Assembly (NCBI GenBank): GCA_017612915.1 | Contig: JAGAEX010000031.1 | Coordinates: 11,449 to 75,448 of the forward strand | Length of the DNA stretch: 64,000 nucleotides | DNA from: Clostridia bacterium | GTDB taxonomy: Bacteria > Bacillota > Clostridia > Christensenellales > Borkfalkiaceae | Direction: 5' to 3' | Shown: piece by piece, positions 54,462 through 64,000 of the stretch | How the letters are laid out: the number at the start of each line of letters is the position of its first letter | Position numbering within the stretch: position 1 is the first letter of the stretch | Notes under the pieces: generated by a model | What the model was told of the DNA's origin: nothing | The model's input: the letters and a program-made list of their open reading frames with translations, nothing else | The model's database searches: none | Position numbers and translations under genes: made by a program

Positions 54462-55889
54462 ATGGCAATTAATAGAGACTGGCAAAAAAGTATGCAGATC
54501 AAAGTTGATTACAACAATATGATGGCGGAATTTATCGGCGACGAACAAGGCTTTACCGATAAAGAAATTTCCGCCGCTAAAAAAATTGCGGACGAAGCGT
54601 ATAAAAACGTTGCCGCTAACCGCGGCAGCGGGATGATGGGCTGGACGGAACTTCCCTATAATCAGGACGAGATTGTAAAAGATATTATTGATACGGCGAA
54701 AGGCATCAGAAAGAAATTCGATAATTTCGTCGTTTTGGGGATCGGTGGTTCGGCGTTAGGCCCGATTGCCGTTTTTAACGCGCTTTGCCATTTAAGGCAT
54801 AACGAATTACCTAAAAAGGTTCGCAAAGCACCTAAATTTTACGTCGAAGACAATATAGATCCCGAAAGGATGGACGCGCTTTTCGATATTCTTGATCTCG
54901 ATAAGACTATGTTCAACGTTATTACGAAGAGCGGTGCGACCAGTGAAACTATGTCGCAATATCTTATAATCATTGATAAACTGAAAAAGAAATTCGGCGA
55001 TAAGGCGGGCGAACATATGATAGCCACGACTTCGGCGCAAAAAGGCAACCTTATCAAGATTGCTAAAGCCGAAGGGTTTAAGACGTTTTATATTCCCGAC
55101 GGCGTGGGCGGAAGATTTTCCGAGTTGTCGCCCGTCGGTTTGTTGTCCGCGGCAGTGCTCGGTATAGATATTAAAGCGATGCTTAAAGGCGCGGCGTTTA
55201 TGGATAAACTTTGTAAGGCGAAAGACGTTAAAAAGAATCCTGCGCTTATTTCCGCTCTTTTACAATACCTTGCTATGAATAAGGGCAAAAACATCTCGGT
55301 TATGATGCCTTATGCGGACAGTCTTAAATATATTGCCGACTGGTATTGTCAGTTGTGGGGTGAAAGTCTCGGTAAGGCGGTCGATAAGGACGGTAATGCC
55401 GTTTACGCGGGGCAAACGCCGGTTAAAGCGCTTGGCGTAACCGATCAGCACTCGCAGATACAGTTGTACAGGGAAGGTCCGTTCGATAAAGTTATTACGA
55501 TTATCGCGGTGGAAAATTTCCGTAAAGAAACGCTTATCAGCAAGGGATGCGAAGATTTCCCGGATGTTTCTTTCCTTTGCGGACACACTCTTTCCGAACT
55601 TATAAATTCCGAAAGAAAGGCAACGGAGTACGCTTTGACGACCGCAAAACGGCTTAATTATACCATCACTTTGCCCGAAGTAAACGCGTTTACGATCGGC
55701 GAATTGTTGTATTATTTCGAGTTGGAGACCGCTTATACCGGCGCTATGCTCAATATCGATACTTTCAATCAACCGGGTGTTGAAGGGGGTAAAAACGCCA
55801 CCTACGCGCTTTTCGGAAGAAAGGGTTACGAGGCGACGAAAGCCGAAATGGAAAACGCTCCAAAGAAAAAATCCGATTATATAATCTAA
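54462..55889 (+). CDS. pgi: Glucose-6-phosphate isomerase
   Basis: 475 aa. It contains VVLGIGGSALGP, GGRFSELSPVGLL, DQHSQIQLYREG and NQPGVEGGK. The SD is AAGGAG. Confidence 0.9.
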   Translation: MAINRDWQKSMQIKVDYNNMMAEFIGDEQGFTDKEISAAKKIADEAYKNVAANRGSGMMGWTELPYNQDEIVKDIIDTAKGIRKKFDNFVVLGIGGSALGPIAVFNALCHLRHNELPKKVRKAPKFYVEDNIDPERMDALFDILDLDKTMFNVITKSGATSETMSQYLIIIDKLKKKFGDKAGEHMIATTSAQKGNLIKIAKAEGFKTFYIPDGVGGRFSELSPVGLLSAAVLGIDIKAMLKGAAFMDKLCKAKDVKKNPALISALLQYLAMNKGKNISVMMPYADSLKYIADWYCQLWGESLGKAVDKDGNAVYAGQTPVKALGVTDQHSQIQLYREGPFDKVITIIAVENFRKETLISKGCEDFPDVSFLCGHTLSELINSERKATEYALTTAKRLNYTITLPEVNAFTIGELLYYFELETAYTGAMLNIDTFNQPGVEGGKNATYALFGRKGYEATKAEMENAPKKKSDYII

Positions 55890-55890
55890 A

Positions 55891-57783
55891 ATGTCAAATA
55901 CTATAAACGAAGACAAAAATCGCGATTTGCCGCTATATCTGTTTCATCAGGGTACGAATTACGAAGCCTACGATTTTATGGGTGCGCATTTTACGAGCGT
56001 TGACGGATCAAGCGGCGTCGTGTTCCGCGTTTGGGCGCCCCGTGCTGACGGCGTGTCTGTCGTAGGCGATTTTAACGGCTGGGACGTGTCTGTCAGCCCG
56101 ATGAAGCGTATTAGCGACGGCGGTGTGTACGAATTGTTCGTTGCTGGGCTTAAAGAATACGACTCGTATAAGTTTGCCGTGTTTCACGGCGGGAAAACGG
56201 TTTTAAAAGCCGATCCTTACGCTTTTCACGCGGAAACATCGCCCGCAACCGCGTCAAAGATATATTCGCTCGACGGTTATCTTTGGGGCGATGGGGAGTT
56301 TATTGCGAGTAAAAAGCAACCGTACGATAAACCTATAAATATTTACGAAGTTAATCTCGGCTCTTGGAAAAGGCACGCGGGCGGTGGATATTATACTTAT
56401 CGCGAATACGCGAAGGAACTCGTAAAATACGTTTGCGATATGCATTACACGCATATCGAACTTATGCCTGTATCCGAATATCCTTTCGACGGGTCGTGGG
56501 GATATCAGCCGACGGGGTATTACGCGATTACTTCGCGTTTCGGAACGCCTAAGGACTTTATGTTCTTCGTTGACGAGTGTCATAAAAACGGAATTTCAGT
56601 TATTATAGACTGGGTTCCCGCGCATTTTCCCAAGGACGAGCACGGATTATTTGAATTCGACGGTACGCCATGTTACGAAAATCAGGGACTCGATCGTCAG
56701 GAGCATAAAAACTGGGGTACGCGCATTTTTGATTGGGGCAGAAACGAAGTTCAGAGTTTTTTGGTGTCCAACGCCGTGTTTTTGTTCGATAAATTTCATA
56801 TCGACGGTATAAGGGTGGACGCCGTTGCATCAATGTTATACCTTGATTACGACAGAAAGGCGGGCGAGTGGATACCGAACGAAAACGGTGGCAATCAGAA
56901 TTTACAGGCTATCGCTTTGTTAAAGAAACTCAACGCCACCGTGTTTGAAAAATTTCCTAACGCGTTGATGATTGCTGAAGAATCAACGGCTTTTCCGCTA
57001 ATAACGAAGCCCGTCGATATAGGCGGTTTGGGCTTTAACTTCAAGTGGAATATGGGCTGGATGAACGACGTTTTGTCTTATATGTCCTGCGATCCTTATT
57101 TCAGGAGCGGCTGCCATAATAAACTGACTTTTTCAATGTTTTATGCGTTCAGCGAAAATTTTATTCTTCCTATCTCGCACGACGAAGTTGTTCACGGCAA
57201 AAAGTCGCTTTTAGATAAAATGCCGGGTAGTATTGAAGATAAGTTCGCAAATCTTCGCACCTTTAACGCGTATATGTTCGCTCACCCCGGTAAAAAACTC
57301 AACTTTATGGGCAACGAGTTCGGACAGTTTAAAGAGTGGAATTATAAAGAAGGGTTAGAGTTTTTTATGCTCGATTTCCCGCTCCACAAGAAATTACGCG
57401 AATATAACCGTAAATTAAACGGTATATATTCCGATACGCCCGCTCTGTACGAGATTGACGACGGCTGGCAAGGGTTCGAGTGGATCTCTGCTGACGAGAA
57501 CGAAAATAACGTAGTGTCATTTATCAGACGGGATAAATGCGGAAACGAGATCGTGTGCGTTATGAATTTTTCGGGTAACGACTATAAAAAATACAGGCTC
57601 GGCGTTCCCGAAGGCGAATACGAGATAGTACTTAATTCCGACGCGAAATCGTTCGGCGGACAGGGCAAAATAACCAAAAAGATTTATAAAACGACTAAAA
57701 AGACCGCACACGGCAGGGAACAGTCCATTATGCTCGCTTTGCCGCGTTTTACGGGCTTATATATTAAAAAAATCAATCCATAG
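55891..57783 (+). CDS. glgB: 1,4-alpha-glucan branching enzyme
   Basis: 630 aa. It has the GH13 motifs [27 protein letters not shown] and SHDEVVHGK. It starts 1 nt after the pgi stop. Confidence 0.95.
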   Translation: MSNTINEDKNRDLPLYLFHQGTNYEAYDFMGAHFTSVDGSSGVVFRVWAPRADGVSVVGDFNGWDVSVSPMKRISDGGVYELFVAGLKEYDSYKFAVFHGGKTVLKADPYAFHAETSPATASKIYSLDGYLWGDGEFIASKKQPYDKPINIYEVNLGSWKRHAGGGYYTYREYAKELVKYVCDMHYTHIELMPVSEYPFDGSWGYQPTGYYAITSRFGTPKDFMFFVDECHKNGISVIIDWVPAHFPKDEHGLFEFDGTPCYENQGLDRQEHKNWGTRIFDWGRNEVQSFLVSNAVFLFDKFHIDGIRVDAVASMLYLDYDRKAGEWIPNENGGNQNLQAIALLKKLNATVFEKFPNALMIAEESTAFPLITKPVDIGGLGFNFKWNMGWMNDVLSYMSCDPYFRSGCHNKLTFSMFYAFSENFILPISHDEVVHGKKSLLDKMPGSIEDKFANLRTFNAYMFAHPGKKLNFMGNEFGQFKEWNYKEGLEFFMLDFPLHKKLREYNRKLNGIYSDTPALYEIDDGWQGFEWISADENENNVVSFIRRDKCGNEIVCVMNFSGNDYKKYRLGVPEGEYEIVLNSDAKSFGGQGKITKKIYKTTKKTAHGREQSIMLALPRFTGLYIKKINP

Positions 57784-57794
57784 GGAGATTTGAT

Positions 57795-58979
57795 ATGATA
57801 AGGAAAAAGAAATGTGTGGCAATGTTATTAGCGGGCGGACAGGGGAGCAGACTTTACGCTCTGACAAGCGTTTTGGCAAAGCCCGCCGTGTCTTTCGGGG
57901 GAAAATACAGGATAATCGACTTTCCGCTTTCCAACTGTGTAAACTCCGGTATTGATACTGTCGGCGTGCTTACTCAGTATCAACCGCTTAAACTCAACGA
58001 TTATATAGGAAACGGTCAACCGTGGGACTTGGACAGAACTTTCGGCGGCGTGCATATCTTGTCGCCGTATCAGGGGAAAACGTCTTCAGACTGGTATAAA
58101 GGCACGGCAAACGCGATTTATCAAAACCTGCATTTTATAAAGCAGTTCGATCCTGATTACGTTCTCGTTTTATCAGGCGACCACATTTATAAAATGAATT
58201 ATTCGGTGATGCTTAATTATCACATCTTAAAGAACGCCGATTGTACGATCGCGGCAATAAACGTGCCGATCAAAGAAGCGTCGCGTTTCGGTATTTTAAA
58301 CACCGATAAAGACGGCGTTATTTACGAGTTTGAAGAGAAACCCAAACAGCCAAAATCCACGCTTGCGTCGATGGGTATTTATATTTTCTCCGCGGATAAA
58401 CTTTATAAATATCTCGAAGAAGATAACTCCGATCCAAAGTCGTCTAACGATTTCGGTAAAGACGTTCTTCCGAAAATGCTCGATAACGGCGAGCGTATGC
58501 TTGCTTACGAGTTCAGCGGGTATTGGAAAGACGTCGGAACGATCGACTCGCTTTACGAAGCGAATATGGATCTTTTGGGCGACAAGCCTAATTTCGATAT
58601 ATTCGATTCGTCCTGGAAAATACAGTCGAGAAGTCCGCTCGCACCGCCTCAATATATCGGCAACGGCGCTAAAACGGTCAACAGTATAATAATGTCGGGC
58701 TGCGAAATATTCGGTTCGGTGGAAAACTCCGTTTTAGCGAGCGGTGTTATCGTAAAAAAGGGCGCAACGGTCAAAAACAGTATTATAATGGCGGAAACCG
58801 TTATCGGTGAAAACAGCGTCGTCGATTATTCCATTATAGACGAGCATACCGTCGTCGGTAAAAATTGCTTTATCGGCGAGAGTAAAGATAATGCAAAAGG
58901 TATAACGGTTCTTGCGAGAGATCTTACCGTTAAGGACGGTACAAAGATCGAAGGCGGCAAGATCGTCGATAAAATTTAA
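57795..58979 (+). CDS. glgC: Glucose-1-phosphate adenylyltransferase, catalytic subunit
   Basis: 394 aa. It contains [25 protein letters not shown] and a left-handed beta-helix C-terminus. Confidence 0.95.
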   Translation: MIRKKKCVAMLLAGGQGSRLYALTSVLAKPAVSFGGKYRIIDFPLSNCVNSGIDTVGVLTQYQPLKLNDYIGNGQPWDLDRTFGGVHILSPYQGKTSSDWYKGTANAIYQNLHFIKQFDPDYVLVLSGDHIYKMNYSVMLNYHILKNADCTIAAINVPIKEASRFGILNTDKDGVIYEFEEKPKQPKSTLASMGIYIFSADKLYKYLEEDNSDPKSSNDFGKDVLPKMLDNGERMLAYEFSGYWKDVGTIDSLYEANMDLLGDKPNFDIFDSSWKIQSRSPLAPPQYIGNGAKTVNSIIMSGCEIFGSVENSVLASGVIVKKGATVKNSIIMAETVIGENSVVDYSIIDEHTVVGKNCFIGESKDNAKGITVLARDLTVKDGTKIEGGKIVDKI

Positions 58980-58991
58980 GGGAGGGAAGAT

Positions 58992-60095
58992 ATGCGTGCA
59001 GTAGGAATTATTTTTTCAAATATTCACGACAACAGCGTTTCGGAATTATCAAGGATCAGGACGCTCGGTTCTATTCCGTTCGGTGGTAGATACCGTCTTA
59101 TTGATTTTCCGCTTTCAAATATGGTAAATTCCGGCATAGATACCGTGGGTATCATTACTAAAAGCAATTATCAGTCGCTAATGGACCACGTCGGAAGCGG
59201 TAAGGACTGGGATCTGGCGCGTAAAGACGGCGGTCTTATACTTTTGCCGCCTTACGGCGACGCTAACAGCAGTACCCTTTATAATTCACGTCTCGAAGCG
59301 CTTAAAGGTATAACAAGTTTTCTTTTCCGTGCCGACGAAGATTTTGTCGTTATGACCGACTGTGACACCGTTTGCAGGATAAATTATAACGATGTGATAG
59401 AACAGCATATATTAAACCGCGCTGATATTACTTTGGTTTATACGAAACTTGCCAATATGGAAAAATCTACGCATTTTAATATCGACAGTAGCGGCAGAAT
59501 AACTGGTGTATATTACGAAGATCAGGTCGTTACCAAAAAATCCAACGTATTTGCAAACGTGTTCGTTATGAAACTTTCGCTTTTGCAAAATATCGTTATG
59601 GACAGTATTACGCACAATAAAGTGCATTTTACCAAAGACGTTATTTCGCCTAATCTCGGCAGTATGCGGATAATGGGATATGAGCACAAGGGGTTTTATG
59701 CGGGCATAACTTCTCTCCAAGCGTACTATAACAGCAGTATGTTAATGCTTGATGAGAAAGTTCGCCACGAGATTTTCGGCGACAGAAGCGTTTTTACCAA
59801 GATCCGCGATTCTGCACCGACGAAGTACGGCAACTGTGCGGTGGTAAAAAACTCGCTTATTGCCGACGGTTGTGAAATACTCGGTGAAGTGGAAAACAGC
59901 ATATTATTCAGAAACGTCAAAGTGGGCAGGGGAGCAGTTATCAAAAACAGTATAGTTATGCAGAACACAATACTCGGGGAAAATTGCACCCTTAACTGTA
60001 TAATAGCCGATAAAAACGTGTCCGTTTCAGGTAGAAAAGTTCTGTCCGGCAGTGAAAATCATCCCTTCTATATAAGTAAGGGTATAATGATATAA
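58992..60095 (+). CDS. glgD: Glucose-1-phosphate adenylyltransferase, GlgD subunit
   Basis: 367 aa. It is a GlgC paralogue lacking the GGxGxRL motif (it reads IFSNIHDNSVSEL). It contains FGGRYRLIDFPLSNM. It sits after glgC, as in Firmicutes. Confidence 0.85.
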   Translation: MRAVGIIFSNIHDNSVSELSRIRTLGSIPFGGRYRLIDFPLSNMVNSGIDTVGIITKSNYQSLMDHVGSGKDWDLARKDGGLILLPPYGDANSSTLYNSRLEALKGITSFLFRADEDFVVMTDCDTVCRINYNDVIEQHILNRADITLVYTKLANMEKSTHFNIDSSGRITGVYYEDQVVTKKSNVFANVFVMKLSLLQNIVMDSITHNKVHFTKDVISPNLGSMRIMGYEHKGFYAGITSLQAYYNSSMLMLDEKVRHEIFGDRSVFTKIRDSAPTKYGNCAVVKNSLIADGCEILGEVENSILFRNVKVGRGAVIKNSIVMQNTILGENCTLNCIIADKNVSVSGRKVLSGSENHPFYISKGIMI

Positions 60096-60107
60096 GGAGT
60101 GTTTTAT

Positions 60108-61598
60108 ATGGCAAAAGCTAAAACAGTGAAATCGGTTAAAGCGAGATCGGAAAAATTGCCTAAAATTACCGTTAAAGAGTATAAAAAAATAATATTTTTA
60201 GGTTCGGAAGCCGCGCCGTTTATCGCAACAGGCGGGCTTGCCGACGTGTTGGGTTCACTTCCGAAGGAACTTGCTAAAAAAGACAATCTCGATATCAGTG
60301 TGATTTTGCCTTTATACGGCAATATTTCCGACGAGTATAAAAAACAGTTCAGATTTTTGACAAACTTTTACGTTTCGGTAGGTTGGCGTTCTCAGTACGC
60401 GGGTGTATTTTTCTTTGAATATCAAAAGGTAAAATTTTACTTTATAGATAACGAATATTATTTTAAGCGTGAAGGAAATATTTACGGTTTTTACGACGAC
60501 GGCGAAAGGTTTGCTTTTTTCTCTCGTGCGGCGCTGGATACTATTGCAAGGCTTAATATTTATCCGGATATCTTGCATTGTAACGACTGGCAGACCGCGG
60601 CGTCGATAATATATCTTAAAGGTATGTATTACGGCGACGATAAATTCCGCAGAATTAAGACAGTCTTTACGATCCACAATATAGAATATCAGGGCAAGTT
60701 CGGTATGGAAACTTATTCCGATCTGTTCGGTTTTCCTGATAGCATTATGTCGTTCGTGGAATACGACGGGCTCGTTAATCTGATGAAAGGCGCTATAGAA
60801 ATGACCGATATCGTTTCAACCGTAAGTCCGACCTACGCCGGCGAGATAAAATACCCGTTTTTCGCGCATGGACTCGATCCGGTTATTTGTCGCAACGAAC
60901 GGAAACTCGTCGGTATCTTAAACGGTATCGATATTGATTATTACGATCCGAAAACGGATAAAAGCATCTTCGCAAAATACAGCGCTGCTGATATTTCGGG
61001 CAAGGCTACTTGTAAAGCGGAACTTCAAAAAATGCTTGGACTTCCCGAGCGAAACGACGTGCCTGTAATCGCGGTGATTTCAAGACTTGTGTCGCATAAA
61101 GGACTTGACTTGATTAAAGATATTGCGGAAAGACTTTTGTCGGAAGACGTACAACTCGTTATTCTCGGCAAAGGCGAAATAGGGTATGAAAATTATTTCA
61201 GATATATTGCGGAGAGTTATCAGGGCAAATGCGCGGCGATAATCGCTTATAATCAGGATTTATCGAGAAAGATTTATTCGGGCGCAGATTTGTTTTTAAT
61301 GCCGTCAAAGGCGGAGCCGTGCGGGCTTTCGCAAATGATTGCATCGCGTTACGGCACTGTACCTATCGTCAGGGAAACCGGCGGCCTTAACGATAGTATA
61401 AAGGCGATAGTCGGCGATATGGGGAACGGTTTTACTTTCCACGACTATAATTCAAACGATATGCTTTACGTTGTAAAACAGGCGATAGACGCGTATCGTA
61501 ATAAAGACGAGTGGGGAAAAATCGTTCGACGCGTTATGAAAACCGATTTTTCTTGGAAAAAACAAGCGGAAAAGTACGAAGAAATGTACAATAAATAA
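60108..61598 (+). CDS. glgA: Glycogen synthase (ADP-glucose type) with a basic N-terminal extension of about 27 aa
   Basis: The ATG at 60108 follows AAGGAG by 8 nt. It contains SEAAPFIATGGLADV, HCNDWQTA and PSKAEPCGLSQM. Confidence 0.9.
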   Translation: MAKAKTVKSVKARSEKLPKITVKEYKKIIFLGSEAAPFIATGGLADVLGSLPKELAKKDNLDISVILPLYGNISDEYKKQFRFLTNFYVSVGWRSQYAGVFFFEYQKVKFYFIDNEYYFKREGNIYGFYDDGERFAFFSRAALDTIARLNIYPDILHCNDWQTAASIIYLKGMYYGDDKFRRIKTVFTIHNIEYQGKFGMETYSDLFGFPDSIMSFVEYDGLVNLMKGAIEMTDIVSTVSPTYAGEIKYPFFAHGLDPVICRNERKLVGILNGIDIDYYDPKTDKSIFAKYSAADISGKATCKAELQKMLGLPERNDVPVIAVISRLVSHKGLDLIKDIAERLLSEDVQLVILGKGEIGYENYFRYIAESYQGKCAAIIAYNQDLSRKIYSGADLFLMPSKAEPCGLSQMIASRYGTVPIVRETGGLNDSIKAIVGDMGNGFTFHDYNSNDMLYVVKQAIDAYRNKDEWGKIVRRVMKTDFSWKKQAEKYEEMYNK

Positions 61599-61647
61599 AT
61601 TGACTGTTTTAAAATAAACATCTAATCTTACGGGAGCAAAAATCAAA

Positions 61648-64000
61648 ATGACTGAAAACGAGGCGCTTACACTAATCAAAACAAAATTATCAAAGTATTA
61701 TGCGGTTTCCGCGCAGGAAGCAACTAAACAGCAGGTTTATAAAGCGGTCGTTATGTGTATTCGGGATATTCTTCTTGAAAAACGCAGCGCTTTTAATAAG
61801 AAATACGTCGAGCAGAACGGTAAACGAGTTTACTATTTATGTATGGAATTTTTGCTCGGTCAATCACTTAAAAACAATGCTTATAATCTCGGCATACAGG
61901 GAGCGTTTGATAAGGCGTTAAAAAAGGAATTCAATCTTTCGCTTGAAGATCTTTACGACGAAGAGCCCGACGCTGGACTTGGAAACGGGGGGCTCGGAAG
62001 ACTTGCCGCGTGTTTTATGGACGCACTGGCAACGGGAAATTATCCTGCAATGGGGTACTCTATAAGGTACGAATACGGATTATTTAAGCAAAAAATAGTT
62101 GACGGTTGGCAGATGGAACTTCCGGATATCTGGCTTCCGGGCGGCGAGGTCTGGCTTACTCAAAGACCTGACAGGTCGTATAAAGTAAAATTCGATGGTT
62201 ATATCAAAGAAACTTGGACGGAAAACGGTTTAAAGATAGAACACGTTGACGCTCACGAAGTTGAAGCGATCGCTTACGATATGATGATTTCGGGTAAGAA
62301 TAGTGAAGCGGTGTCTGTTTTAAGACTCTGGAAGACGCAAAACATACACAAATTCGATATGAAAACATTCTCGCAGGGCGATTATATGCGTTCTATGCAA
62401 GAAGACAACGAAGCCGAACTTATATCAAAGGTTCTCTATCCGTCCGACAATCATTTTGAAGGTAAATCGTTAAGATTAAAACAGCAATATTTATTGGTGT
62501 CCGCGGCATTACAGGATATCGTGTCTTCGCACAAGCGTCGCTACGGCTCTCTCGACAGTTTGCCTAAAAAAGCGGCGATTCATATAAACGATACTCATCC
62601 TGCGCTTTGTATTCCCGAACTTATGCGTATTTTAATAGATGAAAACGGATATTCGTGGGATAATGCCTGGAATATCGTGTGCAAAACGGTTGCATATACC
62701 AATCATACGGTCATGAGCGAAGCACTTGAAAAATGGAACGAAGACCTTATAGAAAGACGTTTACCGAGAATTTATGCGATATTAAAGGAGATTAACGAGC
62801 GTTTCTGTGCCGATGTCTGGAACAGGTTCCCGGGCGATTGGGATAAGATCGACAGAATGAGCATTTTTTCGCACGGGCAGATAAAAATGGCGAATCTGTC
62901 CGTTATCGCGTCGCATACCGTAAACGGTGTATCTGCGCTTCATAGCGATATAATCAAACAAAGCATATTTAAGGATTTTTACGACATTTATCCTGATAAA
63001 TTCACCAACGTTACTAACGGTATCGCGCATAGACGTTGGCTTTGTCAGGCAAACCCAGAACTTTCCGCGTTGATCACAGATTGCATTGGTGATAAATTCG
63101 TTATGGACGCGAGCCGTCTTTCGGAATTTAAGAAATTTGAAGACGATTCATCGGTTTTAAACGAACTAAACAAGATAAAGCAGGTGAAAAAGACTCAATT
63201 TTGTGAGTTTGCAAAGAAAAAACAGGACGTTTTAATTGATCCTGAAACGATGTTTGACGTTCAGGCGAAAAGGATGCACGAGTATAAACGACAACTTTTG
63301 AATGCTCTGCACATTATTTCGCTTTATAACGAATTGAAAGACGATCCAAACGCGGTCGTAGAACCGAAAACGTTTATCTTCGGTGCAAAAGCCGCCCCCG
63401 GATATTATTTCGCAAAACAGATAATTAAACTTATCTGCGCGCTTTCCGAAGATATTAAGCGCCATCCGTCAATCAGAGAAAAATTGAACGTCGTTTATAT
63501 GGAAGATTATTGTGTTTCTATGGCGGAAAAACTTATGCCTGCTACCGAAGTGTCGGAGCAGATTTCGCAGGCGGGCAAAGAAGCAAGTGGGACCGGGAAT
63601 ATGAAGTTTATGATTAACGGTGCTCTTACCGTCGGGACTTTGGACGGCGCGAACGTGGAAATGAAAGACGCGTGCGGCGATGATAATATTTTCATCTTCG
63701 GTCTTACCGCAAGAGATGTGGAAAGATTATGGAGAACAGGGTATAATTCGTCCGAGTTTTATCTAAACAATAAAAAACTTATCGGCGTTATCGACGCGCT
63801 AAACAAAGGTTTTAACGGTCAGACTTTTTCCGATATTGCGCATTATCTTTTAACAGGCAGTCCTGTTGCTGATCCTTATATGTGTTTAGCCGATTTCGGT
63901 GATTATTGTTCTATACACGAAAAAATAGACGATACGTATAAGGATAAAAAATTGTGGGCAAAGATGAGTCTTAACAATATCGCGTCTGCCGGAATATTTG
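61648..64000 (+). CDS. glgP: Glycogen/maltodextrin phosphorylase; 5' part only, as the CDS continues beyond the right window edge
   Basis: Not in the ORF track because there is no stop in the window. Manual translation gives MTENEALTLIKTKL...YYLCMEFLLGQSL...EPDAGLGNGGLGRLAACFMDALAT...QISQAGKEASGTGNMKFMINGALT (PLP-lysine motif). Confidence 0.9.
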   Translation, partial: MTENEALTLIKTKLSKYYAVSAQEATKQQVYKAVVMCIRDILLEKRSAFNKKYVEQNGKRVYYLCMEFLLGQSLKNNAYNLGIQGAFDKALKKEFNLSLEDLYDEEPDAGLGNGGLGRLAACFMDALATGNYPAMGYSIRYEYGLFKQKIVDGWQMELPDIWLPGGEVWLTQRPDRSYKVKFDGYIKETWTENGLKIEHVDAHEVEAIAYDMMISGKNSEAVSVLRLWKTQNIHKFDMKTFSQGDYMRSMQEDNEAELISKVLYPSDNHFEGKSLRLKQQYLLVSAALQDIVSSHKRRYGSLDSLPKKAAIHINDTHPALCIPELMRILIDENGYSWDNAWNIVCKTVAYTNHTVMSEALEKWNEDLIERRLPRIYAILKEINERFCADVWNRFPGDWDKIDRMSIFSHGQIKMANLSVIASHTVNGVSALHSDIIKQSIFKDFYDIYPDKFTNVTNGIAHRRWLCQANPELSALITDCIGDKFVMDASRLSEFKKFEDDSSVLNELNKIKQVKKTQFCEFAKKKQDVLIDPETMFDVQAKRMHEYKRQLLNALHIISLYNELKDDPNAVVEPKTFIFGAKAAPGYYFAKQIIKLICALSEDIKRHPSIREKLNVVYMEDYCVSMAEKLMPATEVSEQISQAGKEASGTGNMKFMINGALTVGTLDGANVEMKDACGDDNIFIFGLTARDVERLWRTGYNSSEFYLNNKKLIGVIDALNKGFNGQTFSDIAHYLLTGSPVADPYMCLADFGDYCSIHEKIDDTYKDKKLWAKMSLNNIASAGIF

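Noticed and set aside
55260-55916. 218-aa minus-strand ORF inside pgi
   Set aside because: It is an antisense shadow of pgi. The product is Arg/Phe-rich and has no independent signals.
61700-61921. 73-aa plus-strand ORF after glgA
   Set aside because: It is out of frame within the 5' end of the glycogen phosphorylase CDS. That CDS starts at 61648 and has unmistakable family motifs.

Overview
This window looks like core chromosome from an AT-rich, endospore-forming Firmicute with Clostridia-like gene order. I count about 60 protein-coding genes, nearly all housekeeping and mostly on the + strand. They cover glycolipid glycosyltransferases; pcrA-ligA; the conserved yicC-rpoZ-priA-def-fmt-rsmB-rlmN-rpe block; rpmE and prmC-prfA; aspC and a homocitrate/Re-citrate synthase-like gene; thrC-trpS; a Y-family polymerase with a YolD-like gene and maf; an AbrB-like regulator with an ABC-2 exporter; glmM-glmS; pncB; a DivIVA-like gene with lspA-rluD; der-plsY-spoIVA; an ArsR-type regulator with a Zn/Cd-type P1B ATPase; an NMT1-type ABC importer; valS; and a pgi-glgBCDA-glgP glycogen operon that runs off the right edge. 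I saw no rRNA or tRNA genes, CRISPR arrays, transposases, integrases, phage genes or recognisable defence systems. All calls come from reading the supplied ORF translations and the raw sequence by eye (motifs, SD sites, promoter and terminator geometry, remembered synteny). No database search was possible. I do not see a convincing novel system of the defence or mobile kind. The best candidate for something undescribed is a translationally coupled three-gene module directly behind trpS (25619-27619). It encodes a CxxC-bearing helical protein, an HPD-less J-like protein ending in a cysteine string, and a polytopic membrane protein. Other points worth a second look: a 28-codon spoVM-like ORF missing from the ORF track, found at the syntenic position after rpe; a DUF1385-PrmC fusion protein; a zinc-dehydrogenase-fold protein that has lost its catalytic-Zn and NAD motifs; an orphan mini P-loop protein with its own promoter and terminator; an apparently leaderless pcrA; a G9 homopolymer and tandem 9-mers in the leader of the AbrB/ABC operon; and missing classical Firmicute RNA regulators (no glmS ribozyme, no T-box before valS or trpS).
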